DNA of 58,185 nucleotides from Candidatus Eiseniibacteriota bacterium (GTDB lineage: Bacteria > Orphanbacterota > Orphanbacteria > Orphanbacterales > Orphanbacteraceae), in the NCBI GenBank assembly GCA_043809585.1, contig JBDROZ010000076.1, forward strand, positions 1-58,185. The letters run 5' to 3'. Below are positions 16,477 through 27,188 of the stretch, in pieces. Position 1 is the stretch's first letter; every line of letters starts with the position of its first letter. The position numbers and the translations under genes are program-made. The notes under the pieces were generated by a model that saw only the letters and a list, made by a program, of their open reading frames with translations, did no database searches and had not been told where the DNA came from.

Positions 16477-17487
16477 ATGCGACGCGTCTTAACCGTGATC
16501 TTGCTGGCGGCTGTCGCGGCGTCCCTCGCCGCCGCCGACGATCTCCGGCGGCCGCCCGCCCCGGACGACCTCCTCGACCCGGACCTGATCGAACTCGATC
16601 TCGATGCCATCATCGCCGAGCAAGAGAAACTCTGGTCCGTCAGCTTTCAAATCGGGACGGCCCAGAAGGATCTCGCCACCACGGAGACCCAGGCGGAAAA
16701 CATCGTCACTATCAAGGCCGCCTACGACAATCTCGCCGACGAGTTCGAGGACGCCACCGGCATCTCCATCCGTTGGCAGAAGGACTCTTTCGATCCGATC
16801 AGCCCCGTCTTCGATCTCTTCGGCACGGTTCGATACAAGCTGCCCGAGTCGATCCTTCTTCCGGGCGTCGGCTCCCGTCTCGGCGTGGAGCTCTCCGGGG
16901 GGCGCACCGGCACCGCCACCCGCTTTTCCGAGCTCGGATTCGGGGCTTCCCTCTCCGACGAAGTATACGTCTTGAGCGGCCGGGCCCTGTTCTACATGCC
17001 CGCGTCGCTCACCTTCAACGACTACCGCCTGTTCCAGGGGGTCGAGAAGCGGGAGGTCTACTTCGGCCTCGGGTTCGGCCGGGCGTGGGCAAACCACGCC
17101 GTCGAGATCTACTCCCCCGCCGCCTCGCTCTCCGGGATCGGGGAGTTCTACCACTTCGAGGCGGACGGATCGACGAACATCTTCGAAGTCACCCTCGGTC
17201 TGGAGGAGTACTTCACTCCGAGCCTCTCCGTGAACTTCCAGGTGGGATACCAATCGCTGAAGCAGGACGAGCTGAAATACGCGGACGTCCAAAAGGTCGA
17301 AGACGCCGACATCCTGATCAACGAGGGCGAAGTCGCCACGGTTTGGGGACCCTGGTTCCCCGAGGGCTCGATCCCGTTCATCGCCATCCAGTCGGGGCTC
17401 GATTACGGCTGGGACACGGGCACCGAGAACATAGTCGTTGATTTTTCGGGATTTAACTTCAAGACAGGCCTCCGGTACCACTTCTGA
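16477..17487 (+). CDS. Outer-membrane beta-barrel protein
   Basis: Signal peptide; amphipathic beta-strands; C-terminal beta-signal FSGFNFKTGLRYHF. Confidence 0.8.
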   Translation: MRRVLTVILLAAVAASLAAADDLRRPPAPDDLLDPDLIELDLDAIIAEQEKLWSVSFQIGTAQKDLATTETQAENIVTIKAAYDNLADEFEDATGISIRWQKDSFDPISPVFDLFGTVRYKLPESILLPGVGSRLGVELSGGRTGTATRFSELGFGASLSDEVYVLSGRALFYMPASLTFNDYRLFQGVEKREVYFGLGFGRAWANHAVEIYSPAASLSGIGEFYHFEADGSTNIFEVTLGLEEYFTPSLSVNFQVGYQSLKQDELKYADVQKVEDADILINEGEVATVWGPWFPEGSIPFIAIQSGLDYGWDTGTENIVVDFSGFNFKTGLRYHF

Positions 17488-17577
17488 GATTCGGCCGGCG
17501 CCCCGTTCCAACCGATCGGGGCGCGTCTTTATCCCGGCTTGACTCCTCTCCCCGTCGATTTCTTCGAGAAATGCACT

Positions 17578-17604
17578 CAAGAAGCCGATTCCCTGAGCCG
17601 ATAC
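17578..17604 (+). promoter_or_regulatory. Sigma28 (FliA/WhiG)-like promoter
   Basis: CAAG-15 nt-GCCGATAC versus consensus TAAA-N15-GCCGATAA. Confidence 0.5.
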
Positions 17605-17661
17605 GAGGAGCAAAAGAAGCAATCATCCGCCAATAACCCTTTCGCCGAAGAGGTGTGCTTG

Positions 17662-17880
17662 ATGGCTCAGGAGATTCTCGACGTCGGCGCCGCAGCGAAG
17701 TATCTGCGCATCACTCGGGCGACCTTGTACAAGCTCGCCAAGGAGAAGAAGATCCCGGGGCTAAAGATCGGGGGTCAGTGGAGGTTCTCCAAGGACCGCC
17801 TCGATGAACTCTTCGCCGAGGGCTTCGCGCCCGAGGTGGAACTGGCCAGGGAGAAGGAACGCGAAGAGACCAAGGTCTGA
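17662..17880 (+). CDS. Excisionase-like (MerR-like HTH_17) DNA-binding protein
   Basis: EILDVGAAAKYLRITRATLYKLAKEKKIPGLKIGGQWRF; RBS gaggtg. Confidence 0.88.
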   Translation: MAQEILDVGAAAKYLRITRATLYKLAKEKKIPGLKIGGQWRFSKDRLDELFAEGFAPEVELAREKEREETKV

Positions 17881-18019
17881 GCCCCCGTCCGGGGCGCGAG
17901 TGACGATCCCTTTCCGCACATTCGAGGCAATCCGCCGTTTCCCCGCGGCGGATCGCTTGCCTTTTGGCCCTCCTCCTGGTATCTAATCGATACGGATTCG
18001 CGACCGCCCCGGCCCTCAC

Positions 18020-20532
18020 TTGTGTGGCGGCGACGGCAATGGTGGTCCTCCAACTCCTGCGGTTGCTTCTCCTCCGGGGAAGAAACGACTGAGAGCGTTT
18101 TCATTGTCTCTTTCCCCCCACGAACATCCCTCCGGCCGGTTTCTCCCGGCCACCGCCTTTCTTCTGGCTTCGTTGATCGTCTCCTCCCCGCGGGCGGGAG
18201 CGGCCCCCGCCGTCCACGTTCTGGGGAGCGCGGCGGAGGGCATTCCCGGTCCCGCGTCGGCCGGCAGGGCGGGAGACTATCTCCTCGAGAACGGGACGAT
18301 CCGGGTGGTCGTGAGCGCCGTGAATCACGCCCTCGGGAGCGCCGAGAGCGGCGGCCGGATCATCGACGCCGCCCCGGCGGGGGGGGAGGACTATTGGGGC
18401 CAGTCGATTCTCATGCTCACCGACGAGTTCCCCCGGCAGGCCCGCTATCTCGATGCGGAGATCGTCGTCCCCGGCGGGGAGGGGAACCGGGCGGGCGTTC
18501 GTCTCCTCGGCGTGGACAACCGGATCCCCGACATCGAGGTGGAGACCGAGTATCTGCTCGGCGCCGGGGAGCCCTTTCTCACGATCCGCACCACCTACCG
18601 GTGGCCCTTCCACAGAGACCAGACGGAAGGCGTCGCGGGGGACCGGATCGAGGGGGGACGGACGGCCCCCTTCCTCGCCTATGAAGGGTTCCTGGCTGAG
18701 GGAGAACCGCCGGCCGAGGACTCGACGGCCGCCTTCGATCTTCTCGTACTCGCCGGCGACGGGGTGACCTACGGGTGGTGGAACTCCCGCGGCGCGGGCG
18801 TCACTCCCCTCACGGACGGCGCCCTTCGGTTCCGGTGGAAGCCGTTTCACGTCCCCGGCAAGCAGGAGCGGGTCTTCACCCGGCGGCTCTATGTCGTGGC
18901 CGGCGACCCTGCGGCCCTCCTCGCCCGCGCCCTCGATCCCCCTCTCGTTCCGGTGTCGGGGTCGGTGGAGGGGGAGAGACGGAAAGGGCCGCTCGCGGGG
19001 GCGATGGTGGAGATCGCCGACCCGACCGGTCTTCTCACGGTGGCGCTGGCCGGGCGGGACGGGCGGTTCCGGGCCTTCCTCCCGCCGGGGTCCTACTCGG
19101 CCCGTCCCCTTTCACCGGCCGGCGACGAAGGACGGCTCCTGCGCTTCCAACTTGATGCGGGCGATTCGAAGGAGATCGAGATGGAAGCCCCGGAGCCGGG
19201 CGTGGTCCGTTTCGTCATCGAGGACGAGGGAGGCGATCCCCTCCCCGGGCGGGTTACGGTCCGGGACCGGGACGGGCGCCCCCTCGGGCGTGACCCGGGA
19301 CGTCCCGCCCCGCCGGAGGGGGCCTTCGCCGCGGACGGGCGGGGCCGACTCGTTCTCGCCGCCGGGAAGTACCGGCTCGCCGCCTCCCGGGGCATCGAGT
19401 TTTCCCGTGAGATCCGTGAGATCGAGGTCGAAAGGGGGGACACGGTGGACGTCCTCTTCCGGCTTCGCCGGGAAGTGAACCGGGGGAACCTCGTCGCGGC
19501 CGACTTCAGCGTGCGGAGCGTGCTCAGCATGGATGGGCCCGCCACCCCCGGGGAGCGGATGGCAGCCGCCCGCGCCGAGGGCCTCGACGTGATCGCCCTC
19601 GCCGATCTCGGGCGCGCCCCTTCGCCGGAGACCATCCGGTCCGGCGAAGGTCTCACCATCATTCCGGGCGAGGAGATCTTGCTCGGCGAGCTCGGGCGAT
19701 TCAATCTCTTCCCCCTCGCTTCGAAGGACGAGATTCCGTTCCGGGGGGGACGGGGGGCGGAGGGGCAGGCGCCGGCCCTGGTCTTCGGACTCGTCCGGGG
19801 CAGGGAAGGGAGACCGTTGATCCAGGCCCTCTCGCCCCGGTCCGGGCGCTACGGCTACTTCGACAACATGGGGGTCGACCCGGTCACCGGATTGTCGACG
19901 AACATCGAGTTCGATCCCGGGTTCGATCTTCTCGAGGTGGCAAACGGGAGGGAGCTCGAGAAGGCGGGGCCGTGCTTGCCGATTGGTTCCATCTGCTCAG
20001 CCTCGGGCATCGCATCCTGGCGACCGGAAACTCCGGCTCCCGCACCCCTTTCGCCGCCCCTGTCGGCATGCCGAGGACCTATCTCGACACCGGGGGGGGA
20101 CGGAAGGAGGAGGATGTGACGGCGGCGCTCCGGGAAGGGCGCGGGTTCTTCACCACCGGTCCTTTCCTCGAGTTCCGCGTGAACGGGGCCTCCCGCCCCG
20201 GCGACCTCGTCACCGACCGGGACGGCCTCGTGGAGCTCTCGGTGCGGGTCGACGGGGCGTCGTGGATCGACATCGACCGGATCCGCGTCTTCGGCAACGG
20301 GACCCCCCTCTTCGAGAAGAGCCTGGCCGGCGAGAGCCGTCCCGTCCGCGCCCGGGAGACTGTGGCGATCTACACCGACACCTGGTTCGTCGCCGTGGCG
20401 ACCGGCGATCGGTCCCTCGACCCGGTCTTCACCGGGCCCCACGGAGAGCCCGTACTTCCCGTGGCGGTCAGCAACCCGATTTGGGTAGATTTCAATGGAA
20501 ACGGGCGTTTCGACGCCCCCGGAGTTCCATAG
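18020..20532 (+). pseudogene. CehA/McbA-type PHP metallohydrolase-like secreted protein with carboxypeptidase-regulatory-like domains; frameshift at ~19966-19970 (pseudogene or read error); start uncertain
   Basis: GDYLLENGTIRVVV, ASRGIEFS, GMPRTY, FFTTGPFL, SNPIWVDFNG; ORFs 18020-20119 and 19972-20532 join as ELEKAGAVLADWF if one G is added to the GGGG run. Confidence 0.75.
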
Positions 20533-20591
20533 TCATTCGACGACGCCACGCCCGGCCCGAGGGGGCGGCGAACGACAGGAGATGATCGACC

Positions 20592-22331
20592 ATGAGGATC
20601 GTTCGCTGGATCCTTCCGCTGCTCGCCCTTCCCCTCGCCGCCCGGGCCGCGCCCGCGGAAGGGGGCGACTTCTTTCCCGTCGGCGAGGCGCGACGGGGCA
20701 TGATCGGTTACGGTCTGACCGTCTTCGAGGGAACGAGGATCGACACGTTTCGGGTGGAGGTGATCGACGTGATGCGCGGCGCCGGGCGGACCGGCGACAT
20801 GATCCTCGCCCGGGTCTCCGGTCTCGGTATCGAGGAGGGGGTAGTTGCCCAGGGGATGAGCGGCTCGCCGATCTACCTGGACGGCCGTCTCGCCGGCGCC
20901 CTCGCCTTCGCCTATCCCTACGCGAAGGAGCCGATCGCGGGCATCACGCCGATCGGAGAGATGCTCGGCATCCTGGAGCGCCAAGACCTCGCGGAAGAGG
21001 CCTCCTTGGGCGGCGTGCCCGGGCCGTCCGGTCCCGTCATGGACGGCGCACCCGGCCCCGATCCGATCGGGACGCCCCTCGCCATGGCCGGATTCGCGCC
21101 CGAAACGGCCCGGCAGGTGGAGGAGTACTTCCGGCCCTACGGCATGACCGCCACCGCGGGAGGGAGCGGGGGGAGCGTGGGGGAAGGGGAGTGGAAGGCC
21201 CTCCCCGGCGCGGCGGCCGGCGTGCGGCTTCTCGGCGGTGACGCGACGCTCGCGGCCGTCGGCACCATCACCTGGGTGGACGGGGAGCGGATCCTCGCCT
21301 TCGGCCATCCCATGTTCCAGGCCGGTACGGTCCGGATGCCTCTCGTTTCGGTGACGGTTCACACGGTCGTCCCGAGCACCTACGTCTCTTTCAAGCTCGG
21401 CTCCCCGATCGAGACCGTGGGCGCCCTCGTCCAGGACCGGCGAACGGGCGTGGCGGGCGTTCTCGGCCGGGAGGCGCCGACGGTGCCGATCGACGTCACC
21501 GTGGAGTCGCCGGGCGCGGGGAAGAAGGAGTACCACTACGACGCCCTCGAGGACAAGCGGCTGACGCCGGTCCTCGCGTCGTGGGCCGTCGCCAATTCGA
21601 TCCTCGATAGGGAGAAGAGGATGGGGGAGGCGACGGTCCACGTCCGCGTCCGGATCGATCTCGAGGGGGCGAAGGACCTCGAGATGGAGAACGTCTTCTC
21701 CTCCGCGTCGGTCCTCCGTGAGGTGAGCGAGGAGATTCTCCTCCCCCTCCAGGTCCTCGCCGCCAACTCGATCGCCCGTCCGGCGGTGAAGGGCGTGCGC
21801 GTCGACGTGATCCTCTCCGACGAGCGGCGGCTCGACCGGATCGAAGAGATCCGTTTGGAGCGGGCCCTCGTGCGACCGGGGGACGAGGTGCGTGGGGCGG
21901 TGACGCTCCGCCGCTACCAGGGGGAGACGGAGACCCGCCGGTTCGCCCTGGCCCTGCCCTCCGACGCGCCGGAGGGGAAGCTGCTCCTCCGGGTCTGCGA
22001 CGCCGCCTCCTCGGAGGATTGGGACTCGAAGCGGGCGCCGAGCCGTTTCGCGGTGAAGGAGATCGACCGTCTCGTGGGGATGCTCGAAGACCTCCGCACG
22101 AACGACGGTATTTACGTGCAGCTCTTCAGCGGCGCCGGCGGGATGACCGTGAACGGCCGGGAGATGCCCCGGCTTCCGGACTCCCGGCTGTCCGTGATCG
22201 GCGCCCCGCTGCACGACGACGACGGAGCCTTCGTGAAGGGGACCGTGGTGGCGTCCGAGACGATCCGCACCGGCGGCTTCGTGACCGGGTGCAAGTCCCT
22301 CACGTTGACGGTGGATCGCGCGGCCCCCTGA
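20592..22331 (+). CDS. Secreted SpoIVB-like serine peptidase (S55) domain protein
   Basis: Signal peptide; [44 protein letters not shown]. Confidence 0.88.
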   Translation: MRIVRWILPLLALPLAARAAPAEGGDFFPVGEARRGMIGYGLTVFEGTRIDTFRVEVIDVMRGAGRTGDMILARVSGLGIEEGVVAQGMSGSPIYLDGRLAGALAFAYPYAKEPIAGITPIGEMLGILERQDLAEEASLGGVPGPSGPVMDGAPGPDPIGTPLAMAGFAPETARQVEEYFRPYGMTATAGGSGGSVGEGEWKALPGAAAGVRLLGGDATLAAVGTITWVDGERILAFGHPMFQAGTVRMPLVSVTVHTVVPSTYVSFKLGSPIETVGALVQDRRTGVAGVLGREAPTVPIDVTVESPGAGKKEYHYDALEDKRLTPVLASWAVANSILDREKRMGEATVHVRVRIDLEGAKDLEMENVFSSASVLREVSEEILLPLQVLAANSIARPAVKGVRVDVILSDERRLDRIEEIRLERALVRPGDEVRGAVTLRRYQGETETRRFALALPSDAPEGKLLLRVCDAASSEDWDSKRAPSRFAVKEIDRLVGMLEDLRTNDGIYVQLFSGAGGMTVNGREMPRLPDSRLSVIGAPLHDDDGAFVKGTVVASETIRTGGFVTGCKSLTLTVDRAAP

Positions 22332-22361
22332 CGCCGCTTCCAGAATCGGGAGATGGAGAAC

Positions 22362-24452
22362 ATGAAGCACACGGCCCTGATCATCCTCGTCCTCGCCGGC
22401 GCGCTCGTCCTGCCCGCGCCCTCCCGGTGCGTCCGCACCGCCGAATGGGACGTGACCGGGCGGGAGGCGGTCCTGAAGGGGACGCCCGCGGAACTGACCG
22501 TCGGCCCCCTCGGCGCCCTCGAGCTATCCCCCCGCTTCGAGCCCGTGGCGGATGTGGACGAGTTCTACGCCTGGTCTCTCGTCTCCGACGGCAAGGGGAA
22601 CCTGTACGTCGGCACAGGCAACGACGGGAAGATCTACCGCGTCGACTCGAAGGGGAAGGCGACGCTCCTCTTCGACTCCCTGGAGTTCGACATCCTCGCC
22701 CTCGCCTTCGACCGGGAGGGGAACCTGTACGCGGGTACGTCCCCCGGCGGAATCGTGTTCAAGATCGACAAGGACGGGAAGGGCCGCTCCCTTTTCGACA
22801 GCCCGGACCACTACGTCTGGTCTCTCGTCTTCGACGACGCCGGGAACCTGTACGCCGGCACGGGCGAGCAGGGGAAGATCTACAAGATCCCTCCGTCGGG
22901 GGAGGCGGAACTCTTCTACGACTCGCCGGAGACGAACGTGCTCGACCTCCTCTACGACGGTCCCCGGAAGAGGCTTCTCGCCGGCGGCGACGGCCGGGGC
23001 CTCGTCACCGCCCTCGATCGGGATGGAAAGCCGAGCGTGCTCTTCGAAGGGCCCCGGGCCGAGGTCTCCGCCCTCTGGGTGGACGAGGGGGGGCGGATCT
23101 ACGCCGCCGCCTCGGGGGACCGGGAGCCGAGCAAGAACGGCGAAGAGAGCCCGAAAAAGAAGGCGCTCCTCTACCGGATCGAGCCCGACGGCACGGCCTT
23201 TCTCCTCTGGCGGTCCGAAGCCGAGTTCATCTACGCCCTCGCCCCCGAACCGGGGGGGACGATCCTGGTCGGCACCGGAACGCCGGGCGCCCTCGTCCGC
23301 CTCTCGCCGGACGGGGAGCCGACGGAGCTGAAGCGGACCAGCGAGTCCCAAGTTCTCGGCCTGGCGCGCGCGAAGGACGAAGTGTGGGTCTCCACGGGGA
23401 ACCAGGGCCGGATCTACCGCGTCGGTCCGGAACGGGGGGACGAGGGCACGTACGACTCGGAAGTGAAGGACGCCCTCAACCTCTCCCGCTGGGGAAGGCT
23501 CCGCTGGTGGGGGGAAGAGCCGAATGGGACGAAGGCGGTCTTCTCGACGAGGAGCGGCAACACGGAAGAGCCGGACGAGGCGTGGAGCGACTGGGCCCCC
23601 GTGGGCTCGGGGGAGCGGGGAGGGGCGGTGCAATCACCGCCCGCCCGATTCCTCCAGTGGCGGGTCGGGCTCGAGGGGAAAGGGGACGCCGGTCCCCGTG
23701 TCGACCGGGTGACGGTGGCCTACAAGGAGGGGAATCTTCCCCCCGCAGTGCTCGAGGTGGGCGTCACCCGGGTCGGGGACACCTTCCTCGAAGGCCCCGC
23801 CGACCCGAGGCCGGAGCCGCTCTTCCAGGTTCTCCCCAACGGCACCCGGGTCGAGTTCATGCCGATCAACCGGCGGGATCCGATCCCCGGAGCGGCGGAC
23901 GAGGTGTGGGCCCGGTCGGTCCGCGTCATCCGCTGGCAGGCCTCGGACCCGAACGGCGACCCCCTTCGCCACGAGGTGCACTATCGGGCGGAAGGGGAGA
24001 AGGAGTGGAAACTCCTCGATGACGAAGTCCTCTACGACTACTACGCGTGGGAGACCGGCTCCATGCCGGACGGGCTCTACCGGGTGCGGGTCACCGCCCA
24101 TGACGATCCGGAAAACTCGGAGGCGACCGCCCTCTCCGGACGCCGGGTGAGCGACGCATTCACGATCGACAACACGGCCCCCGAGGTGAGGGGCCTCGAG
24201 GCGACCCGGTCGGGGGAGAAGATCCGGATCCGCGGGGAGGCCCGGGACGGGGCGAGCCCGATCCGGAACGCCGCGGTGTCCGTCGATTCCGGAGAGTGGC
24301 GTCCCGTGGACACGGCGGACGAGATCTTCGACGACGTGGTCGAGCGCTTCGACTTCGAGGTCGACGCCGGGGAAGGATCGGAGCATGTGATCCTCGTCCG
24401 CGTCACCGACCAGGCGGGGAACACGGCGGTCGGCCGCGCGGCGGTGCGCTGA
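22362..24452 (+). CDS. Secreted beta-propeller repeat protein with C-terminal Ig/FN3-like domains
   Basis: Repeated D..GNLY(V/A)GT...GKIY blades; RSGNTEEPDEAWSDW, SPPARFLQWR, DGLYRVRVTA, DNTAPEV. Confidence 0.8.
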   Translation: MKHTALIILVLAGALVLPAPSRCVRTAEWDVTGREAVLKGTPAELTVGPLGALELSPRFEPVADVDEFYAWSLVSDGKGNLYVGTGNDGKIYRVDSKGKATLLFDSLEFDILALAFDREGNLYAGTSPGGIVFKIDKDGKGRSLFDSPDHYVWSLVFDDAGNLYAGTGEQGKIYKIPPSGEAELFYDSPETNVLDLLYDGPRKRLLAGGDGRGLVTALDRDGKPSVLFEGPRAEVSALWVDEGGRIYAAASGDREPSKNGEESPKKKALLYRIEPDGTAFLLWRSEAEFIYALAPEPGGTILVGTGTPGALVRLSPDGEPTELKRTSESQVLGLARAKDEVWVSTGNQGRIYRVGPERGDEGTYDSEVKDALNLSRWGRLRWWGEEPNGTKAVFSTRSGNTEEPDEAWSDWAPVGSGERGGAVQSPPARFLQWRVGLEGKGDAGPRVDRVTVAYKEGNLPPAVLEVGVTRVGDTFLEGPADPRPEPLFQVLPNGTRVEFMPINRRDPIPGAADEVWARSVRVIRWQASDPNGDPLRHEVHYRAEGEKEWKLLDDEVLYDYYAWETGSMPDGLYRVRVTAHDDPENSEATALSGRRVSDAFTIDNTAPEVRGLEATRSGEKIRIRGEARDGASPIRNAAVSVDSGEWRPVDTADEIFDDVVERFDFEVDAGEGSEHVILVRVTDQAGNTAVGRAAVR

Positions 24453-25765
24453 TGGTCCCGCCGTCGGCGAAGGGGGCGATCCTCTCCCACCGGCTCCGGA
24501 ACGGCCTCTCCGTCCTTCTCCGCCCGGTCCATTCGGCGCCGATCGTGAGCGTCTGGTGCTGGTACCGGGTCGGCTCGTCCGACGAGGGGCGCGGCGCCAC
24601 CGGCATCGCCCACTGGCTCGAGCACATGAACTTCAAGGGGACCCGCCGCTTCTCGAAGGAGCAAATGAAGAACATGATCGAGAAGCGGGGGGGGTACTGG
24701 AACGGGTACACTTGGATCGACCAGACCACCTACTTCGAGACACTGCCGAAAGAGCACCTCGACCTCGCCCTCGAGCTTGAAGCGGAACGCATGCGCCGGA
24801 GCCGGATCGACGCCGACGAGTTCGAATCGGAGCGGACCGTGATCCTCTCGGAACTCCGGGGCGGGGAGAACAACCCGGAATCGGTGCTCGACCGGGAAGT
24901 GACCGCCGCCGCCTTCCAGGCCCACGGCTACCGCTGGCCCACGGTCGGCTGGGAGGAGGACGTCAAGCGGATCAGCCGCCGGGAGATGGTCGACTTCTAC
25001 CGCTCCTGGTACGTCCCCGGGAACGCCATACTCGTGGTGGTCGGGGATTTCGACCCCGCCGCGGCGCTCCGGCGGATCCGGAAACACTTCGGAGATCTGC
25101 CGGGTGGGGAACCGCCGGTCGCCGCGCGCACGCCGGAGAGCCCCTCCCGGGGGGAGCGGCGGGTGACGGTGGAAGGGGCCGGCCGGACCCCCTACCTTCA
25201 TGCGGCCTACCGCGCCCCCGCGGCCCGGGACGAGGATGTCCACGCCCTCGTCCTTCTCGACGCGGTCCTCGGAGGGGCCAAGGGGATCAACCTGTGGAGT
25301 TATGACGGCGAGGTGCGCCGGAGTTCCCCGCTCTACCGGGGCCTCGTCGATGCGGGGCTCGCCGCGTCAGTCCGCTCCTTCTACGTCCCCACCCGGGACC
25401 CCTTCCTCTACTACTTCTCCGCCACCGCCCGGGAGGGGGTGACGCTCGAGAAGCTGGAGAGGAAACTCCTCGGTCTCCTCGCCGCATCCGCGTCGAAGCG
25501 TCCCTCGGCGCGGGACCTCCGAAAGGCGAAGAACCAGCTCCGCGCGATGGTGGTCTTCCAGAGCGACTCGGTCACCGAGCTGGCCCATCAGATCGGCTAC
25601 TACCACACGATTCACGACGTCTCATTCTTCGAGGATTTCCTCGACCGAATCGAGGGTGTAACGGCCGAGCATGTGCGGGAGACGGCGGAGAAGATCTTCC
25701 ACCGCGCGAACCGGATCGTCGGTCTTTATGTGCCCCGGCGGAACGGGAAGAGGGGTCGGGCATGA
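24452..25765 (+). CDS. M16 (pitrilysin/MPP-like) zinc peptidase, catalytic subunit
   Basis: TGIAHWLEHMNFKGT (HxxEH), NGYTWIDQTTY, ERTVILSE. Confidence 0.93.
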   Translation: MVPPSAKGAILSHRLRNGLSVLLRPVHSAPIVSVWCWYRVGSSDEGRGATGIAHWLEHMNFKGTRRFSKEQMKNMIEKRGGYWNGYTWIDQTTYFETLPKEHLDLALELEAERMRRSRIDADEFESERTVILSELRGGENNPESVLDREVTAAAFQAHGYRWPTVGWEEDVKRISRREMVDFYRSWYVPGNAILVVVGDFDPAAALRRIRKHFGDLPGGEPPVAARTPESPSRGERRVTVEGAGRTPYLHAAYRAPAARDEDVHALVLLDAVLGGAKGINLWSYDGEVRRSSPLYRGLVDAGLAASVRSFYVPTRDPFLYYFSATAREGVTLEKLERKLLGLLAASASKRPSARDLRKAKNQLRAMVVFQSDSVTELAHQIGYYHTIHDVSFFEDFLDRIEGVTAEHVRETAEKIFHRANRIVGLYVPRRNGKRGRA

Positions 25766-27030
25766 CCCGCATCGAGCTTTCGAACGGCCTCCGGGTGATC
25801 GTGCGAACGAACCGCCTCTCCCCGTCGGTGGCGATCCGGCTCTGCCTCCAGACCGGTTCGGTCCACGATCCGGCCGGGAAGGAGGGGCTCTCCCTCGCCA
25901 CCGGCCTCATGCTCGAGGAGGGAACGAGGGAGCGGACGGGAAAGGAGATCGCCGAACTCGTCGACTACCTCGGGGCCGAAACGGATGTGGCCGTCGACAA
26001 GCATTCGACGGTTCTCGTCGCGTCGCTCCTCACGAAAGACCTCGGTACGATCCTTCGCCTCCTCCGGGAGACCGCCGCGGAGCCCGTCTTCCCCGCCCGT
26101 GAGCTCGGCACGATCAAGGGGCAACTGCTCACCGGCATTCAAGAGGAGGAACACGACACGCGGGTCGTCTCGCTCCGGACCCTCGCCCGCCTGCTCTATC
26201 CGGCGGGGCACCCCTACCGGCGGCCCGGCGGCGGCGTCCGGCGGAGTGTCGGAAGCCTCGGGCGGCGGGACCTGGTCCGTTTCCACGGGGACCGCTATCA
26301 CCCCCGGGGGGCGATCCTCGTGGTGGTGGGGGACGTGGACGAAGAGAAGACCGCCCGGCTCGTCGCCCGCGTCTTCGGGAGCTGGAAGAAAGACGGCGAC
26401 CCCGGCCCGCCCGACGTGCCGGACGCGAAGGGGCCGAAACGGACGGCGGCCAAAGCCGTGGTGGTCCCGGACAAGACCCAGAGCGACATCGCCTTCGGAT
26501 TCATCGGAATCCGACGAACCGACCCCGATTTCCACGGCGTCGGCGTCATGAACCAGATCCTCGGCGCCTTCGGTCTCGGCGGGCGGCTGGGCAACCGGAT
26601 CCGGGAGGAGGAAGGCCTGGCCTACTACGTGCACAGCTCCCTCCACGCCTCCGTCGGCGCCGGGCCGTACGTGATCCGGGCGGGGGTCCACCCGGACCAC
26701 GTGAAGCCGGCGGTCCGGATCATCCGGGAGGAGATCGACCGGATCCGGCGGGACCTCGTCCGGCCGTCGGAACTGGAGGAGACCCGGAGCTACCTGGTCG
26801 GCAGCCTCCCCCTGAAGCTCGAGACGAACGACGGGATCGCCTCGTTCCTCCTCTCCGAGGAGTACTACGGGCTCGGACCCGATTATCTGGCCCGCTTCCG
26901 GGAGGGGGTCGGCGCCGTGAGCCGGGAGGATGTGCGGGCCGCGGCCCGCCGCCTGCTCCGGGAGGACGTCTATTCCCTGGCCGTGGCGGGCCCCCCCCTC
27001 GCGGAACCGTTGGAGGATGATGCCCCGTAG
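25762..27030 (+). CDS. M16 peptidase, non-catalytic partner subunit
   Basis: LSNGLRVIV; HxxEH replaced by LATGLMLEEGT; RLGNRIREEEGLAYYV; ATGA overlap. Confidence 0.9.
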   Translation: MTRIELSNGLRVIVRTNRLSPSVAIRLCLQTGSVHDPAGKEGLSLATGLMLEEGTRERTGKEIAELVDYLGAETDVAVDKHSTVLVASLLTKDLGTILRLLRETAAEPVFPARELGTIKGQLLTGIQEEEHDTRVVSLRTLARLLYPAGHPYRRPGGGVRRSVGSLGRRDLVRFHGDRYHPRGAILVVVGDVDEEKTARLVARVFGSWKKDGDPGPPDVPDAKGPKRTAAKAVVVPDKTQSDIAFGFIGIRRTDPDFHGVGVMNQILGAFGLGGRLGNRIREEEGLAYYVHSSLHASVGAGPYVIRAGVHPDHVKPAVRIIREEIDRIRRDLVRPSELEETRSYLVGSLPLKLETNDGIASFLLSEEYYGLGPDYLARFREGVGAVSREDVRAAARRLLREDVYSLAVAGPPLAEPLEDDAP

Positions 27031-27044
27031 GGATTAAGCCGCGC

Positions 27045-27074
27045 TTGACAGAGATCGCCCCGGTTCGCTATATT
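27045..27074 (+). promoter_or_regulatory. Sigma70 promoter of the yceD-rpmF-fab operon
   Basis: TTGACA-18 nt-TATATT. Confidence 0.65.
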
Positions 27075-27188
27075 CGCTGATTCGGGGTCGATCCCCATCC
27101 ATCGGGGTCCGGATCCAGCGTCCTGCCGCGCCCGATTCCCCTAGGTATGGACAGTTTCTCGGCTTGCACCCGAAGGGGAGTCGATGCC

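Noticed and set aside
17662-17880. Prophage or ICE implied by the excisionase-like gene
   Set aside because: No integrase, att site or phage genes nearby
19961-19975. Programmed ribosomal frameshift
   Set aside because: No slippery heptamer; an indel in the G run is the simpler explanation
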